DNA of 64,000 nucleotides, counting the filler, from Perkinsus olseni (taxonomy: Eukaryota), in the NCBI GenBank assembly GCA_013115125.1. It is 20 parts of 20 records of this genome, joined end to end, with 100 filler letters (N's around TTAATTAATTAA, not from the genome) between each part and the next. Parts side by side here need not be neighbours in the genome. Positions count along the whole stretch, not along the records: positions 58,015 to 60,997 come from JABANN010001463.1; positions 61,098 to 64,000 come from JABANN010001483.1; 18 more parts are not named here. One strand, 5' to 3'. The position numbers and the translations under genes are program-made. The notes under the pieces were generated by a model that was given only the letters and a program-made list of their open reading frames with translations, was not told the DNA's origin and made no database searches. Positions 60,611 through 64,000 of this stretch are shown one piece after another (the first letter of the stretch is position 1; every line of letters starts with the position of its first letter).

Positions 60611-61834
60611 CCGTCGCCCGGTATGTGAAAGGTGGTCGTAAGGAACATGATTGTCATCAAGCGGGTAGATGATCATAAGGGTGGTACTACCACCGGATGA
60701 ATCAGTGAGCTACCACCGTCGTAGCCCAGTGAGCCATCCCCTATCTTCTGGTTCAATTCAATGGAAAATGTATATCAATCAGCTATGTTGCTCGAGTCTG
60801 AGATGAGGAACTCTGCGATAGGAAGGTCACGCAGCTATGAGCACGCTCGAGTGTAGAAGAGAGGATTGTTTCAGCACACAAAATGGGCGATGGGTCTCTT
60901 GCGATTATGATGACGATCGGTAAGTTATGTCGTACGTGCGGGGGACTTGATCGATAGGCCAAAATAACTATAGCTTCTTGTCGGACGGAACTGCTGANNN
61001 NNNNNNNNNNNNNNNNNNNNNNNNNNNNNNNNNNNNNNNNNTTAATTAATTAANNNNNNNNNNNNNNNNNNNNNNNNNNNNNNNNNNNNNNNNNNNNTAA
61101 ACGTTTTCTGAATAGATGAACTCTCTGTTGTGTTCAGCGGTAGAGAGAGTTGCGATATGTTATGGCGGGACACCGGCCAGTCACATCTTCGCATGTAGCC
61201 TACTGTGCCTCGAAGTAGTCATATGGGCGGTCAAGCCGTTCCGCATTTCAACCACATACCACACTCAAGAAATCAGCTTTGATGAAAAGACATTCTCAAC
61301 CCCAACAGAGATTCGACCCAACGCCCATTATCTATCAAGACAAAAGCTCCACCAATTGGTCTAATCTGACCCTTGCCAACTATGCAAGGTCCATTGCCTC
61401 CCGCATATGCGAGAGAAGCTGATACATCGTCCTGTCAGCCATCGTCAACCCCGTGCGGCCAAGTGACGTTTCACTGGGAGCCTTGCCCACAGTTGCCGTT
61501 GAGACAGGTTTAGTCTCGAGCTCACACAAATTGAAGAACTTGCACATTTTCTAGAGAGCCCGCCGGGGCAACGATCGTACGCGTTCTACATAGCTAAACG
61601 AGTTAGACTCTCACACTTGGCTTCGGGAGGTATCCGGATCTAATCCCACGACAGGTTTTTGTGTCGAACCTAGGGGCCCATCGCCCATCACTCTCTCTTA
61701 TCTCACCTGGCGGTACACCCGCATTGGAGTAAACTCGAGCAGCCTTGCTTTCGAGCACGCTCGCGCCACCTTTTATTCACTCGGAACTGAACACTTGAGA
61801 TTGTGAGAAAAGTTAATCCTGTTATGTTAGCCGT

Positions 61835-63758
61835 TCATACTGTAATGATAGGAGATGGGAATGGAGTGGTAGTAGTAGCCGTTGTTAACTCAGTCGATGT
61901 CGTCCATACAAACTGCATGTTCGGAAGATACTCAACACGGAAGGCAAAGGCTAGAGAGCCGAGAAAAAGACCACAGAGTGAGCCAACCAGAACTTGCTGA
62001 AATGTGTGATCCAAATTATACCATCGAGCCCAGGGAACCTGAAAACGGACAGCAACCGAAGAATGCAACTATAGACCCATGCGCTGGACCGTATGCAGCG
62101 GACTCCGCGAGTACGACTGCTACGAGGAGGTTCGGAATGGTATCAGGAAACTAGTGCTAGCCGACTATGATGCCTAATCGCGCCAACTGTCATTCTCCGC
62201 AACGCTATCGATCTCCAGTGAACAAGCTTTCATGGATCGAACAAGAGCAGAAGCGTGAGCTCCGCTACGAGGGATAACACGTACCTCACCATCCTGACCA
62301 ATTCCCTAGCAGACTGTGGTTGACTCGATACGTTGTTCCCCTCTAGGAGGCACTTACGGGGCCGAATAAAAGGAGAGTAATGAGAATCCGGATGAGCAGT
62401 TGCTGAGGATTTCCCGTCGTGCTGATCCCACCATTTGTGAGGAACAGAGTAGCGGACTCCAATAAGAACCACGTACCTAGTGAAGATGTTAACGATCCAC
62501 CACGATCAACTTGGACCATCTATTGCCATGCCATATCTCATCACAACCAGATTGCAGATGGAAGCTCAAATTTCCAGTTGTACAAAAATGACGCTCTCCT
62601 CATTCAAGCTAAGAAGGATTTTTGGAACACGCTCCGTGATGGATAGGCGTGAACAGAGCGACTTCCTCCGGGCATGGGCACCCACAAGGCGGATGAAACC
62701 GACGATGAGGATGAGTCCGTGTGAGGCGAAGTGGATCAGGTTGCCATCCCGAGGATATTACAGAGAACTCCTGATGTGATGCAGTGACCACTCGGCATCC
62801 CCGGGCCTTCACACGCGCTCTGCGGCGGTCGGGGCTGGTTTAACAGACGCTTGAACAGCCCCTCGTTAAGGAAGGATGTTATCAGCAAAACCGTCTGAGC
62901 GAGCAAACAGTCGAAGAAAATTGCACGCGATACGCCGGACACGGGAATCGAACCTGCGATCCTCTATTGGTTACGAGTTGGGAGAAAGTTGGTATGAGTT
63001 GACCCGCTTACACATGCGTAGATATACACAGCCCTGCGAGTAGTAAGCATGAGTATCACTAATATCCCGGGAACAATCCACGGTATAAACCCAAAGCTCT
63101 CAGCAATCGCCATCAAGGGTGGCGCCGGCACGCGGATGGTAACTTGGCCCAACTCGAAGACCGATCGATAATTAAGATTATCTGAGAAGACAAAACTAGT
63201 GCAGATCAGCTGAGGTAACTCGTCGGGAGGGCTCAGCCCCGCTTCGTCATCGGAAGGCGGGATTCCGAGAAATTCGGTGGAGAAAAATCGGCCAGGAAGG
63301 AAGGAGATGTCAGATTTCCCAGCGAGTGAAAATTTGGGTTTAAGAAAAATAAATCAGCTCGTGCCTTCTAGTATCGTTCGATCGTGCTCAATTCCAACCA
63401 TCGCGGGACACGGGAGAGAGCCTTGCGGTCGAAAATACAACAATTTTGGCATGCCCTCGTACGGGAGAATTCTGCCAACAAGGATGATACGAAAAGTCGG
63501 ATCTTCCAATGATGACGTGTGGCAGCACGCGAAGAGCCACAGTTCGAGTTGCACGGTGAAAACTCCGCTGAACTGCCCTTCCTGCTTAGGAGTACCAGGA
63601 TGCTCCTTCCCTCGCAGCGACGTCTGCGTCCTCCTGTCACCAGCCTCCAGGTCGAGCTCCAGCGGACTGTACTTCACCCCTTCCTGCGTGTTTGGTATGC
63701 TGTCCAGCTGTTGCGCCCTCGATGATGATGATGATGATGATGATGACGAGGCAGCCAT
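61835..63758 (-). CDS. PAP2-family phosphatase (dolichyl-diphosphatase-like), multi-exon; 5' exon uncertain
   Basis: C1 KRLLNQPRP, C2 GMPSGH, C3 ARWYNLDHTFQQVLVG, plus several TM segments. Confidence 0.85.
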
Positions 63759-64000
63759 GTTTATCAGTTCCAAGCGAACTGCTGAATCAACCGAGTACAT
63801 GTTCGAGAAACCAATTCTGAACCGCATTTTACGCGCACGACTCGCTTCGCTTCGCGATCCTGAAAGTAGTGAGAGTTATTTTCCGAACCGGGATGAAAGC
63901 ATATCGCCAGCATCACTCATTCACGCTTCTGTCGCAGGGCGAGCGACGATTGAGCGGAGCGCAGCCATCTAGATTAACTATTCTCGATGATCACTTTGTA

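Noticed and set aside
3193..61097. Regularly spaced TTAATTAATTAA repeats about every 3.2 kb
   Set aside because: Assembly linkers embedded in N runs, not biological. Cross-contig gene neighbourhoods were therefore ignored.

Overview
This is not one locus. It is 20 unrelated eukaryotic contigs of about 3 kb, sorted by decreasing length (3186 to 2983 bp for the internal ones) and joined by 100-nt artificial linkers (N..TTAATTAATTAA..N), so adjacency across a linker has no biological meaning. Short GT-AG introns, roughly 50% GC, tandem gene arrays and the secreted-protein families point to a protist, most likely a Perkinsus-like alveolate (inference). Recognisable genes: a PIMT-like methyltransferase, a helical-repeat protein, a Qc-SNARE, DNA2, VPS13, two long-chain acyl-CoA synthetase fragments, a GT61-like glycosyltransferase, strawberry notch, an LRR protein, a GH18-like protein, a PAP2 phosphatase and four tRNA genes (Ala x2, Tyr with intron, Asn). 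Mobile elements: a BEL/Pao pol, an LTR gag-pol, a 5' LTR plus gag, and a TRIM-like mini-LTR element nested in a foldback element. The most interesting signals are recurrent palindromes with a single-nucleotide centre (arms up to 34 bp), a secreted 6-Cys defensin-like prepropeptide, an AT-rich contig whose long frame has one TGA at a probable Cys, and a dispersed repeat with a compensated hairpin. All family calls come from reading motifs by eye; no searches were run.
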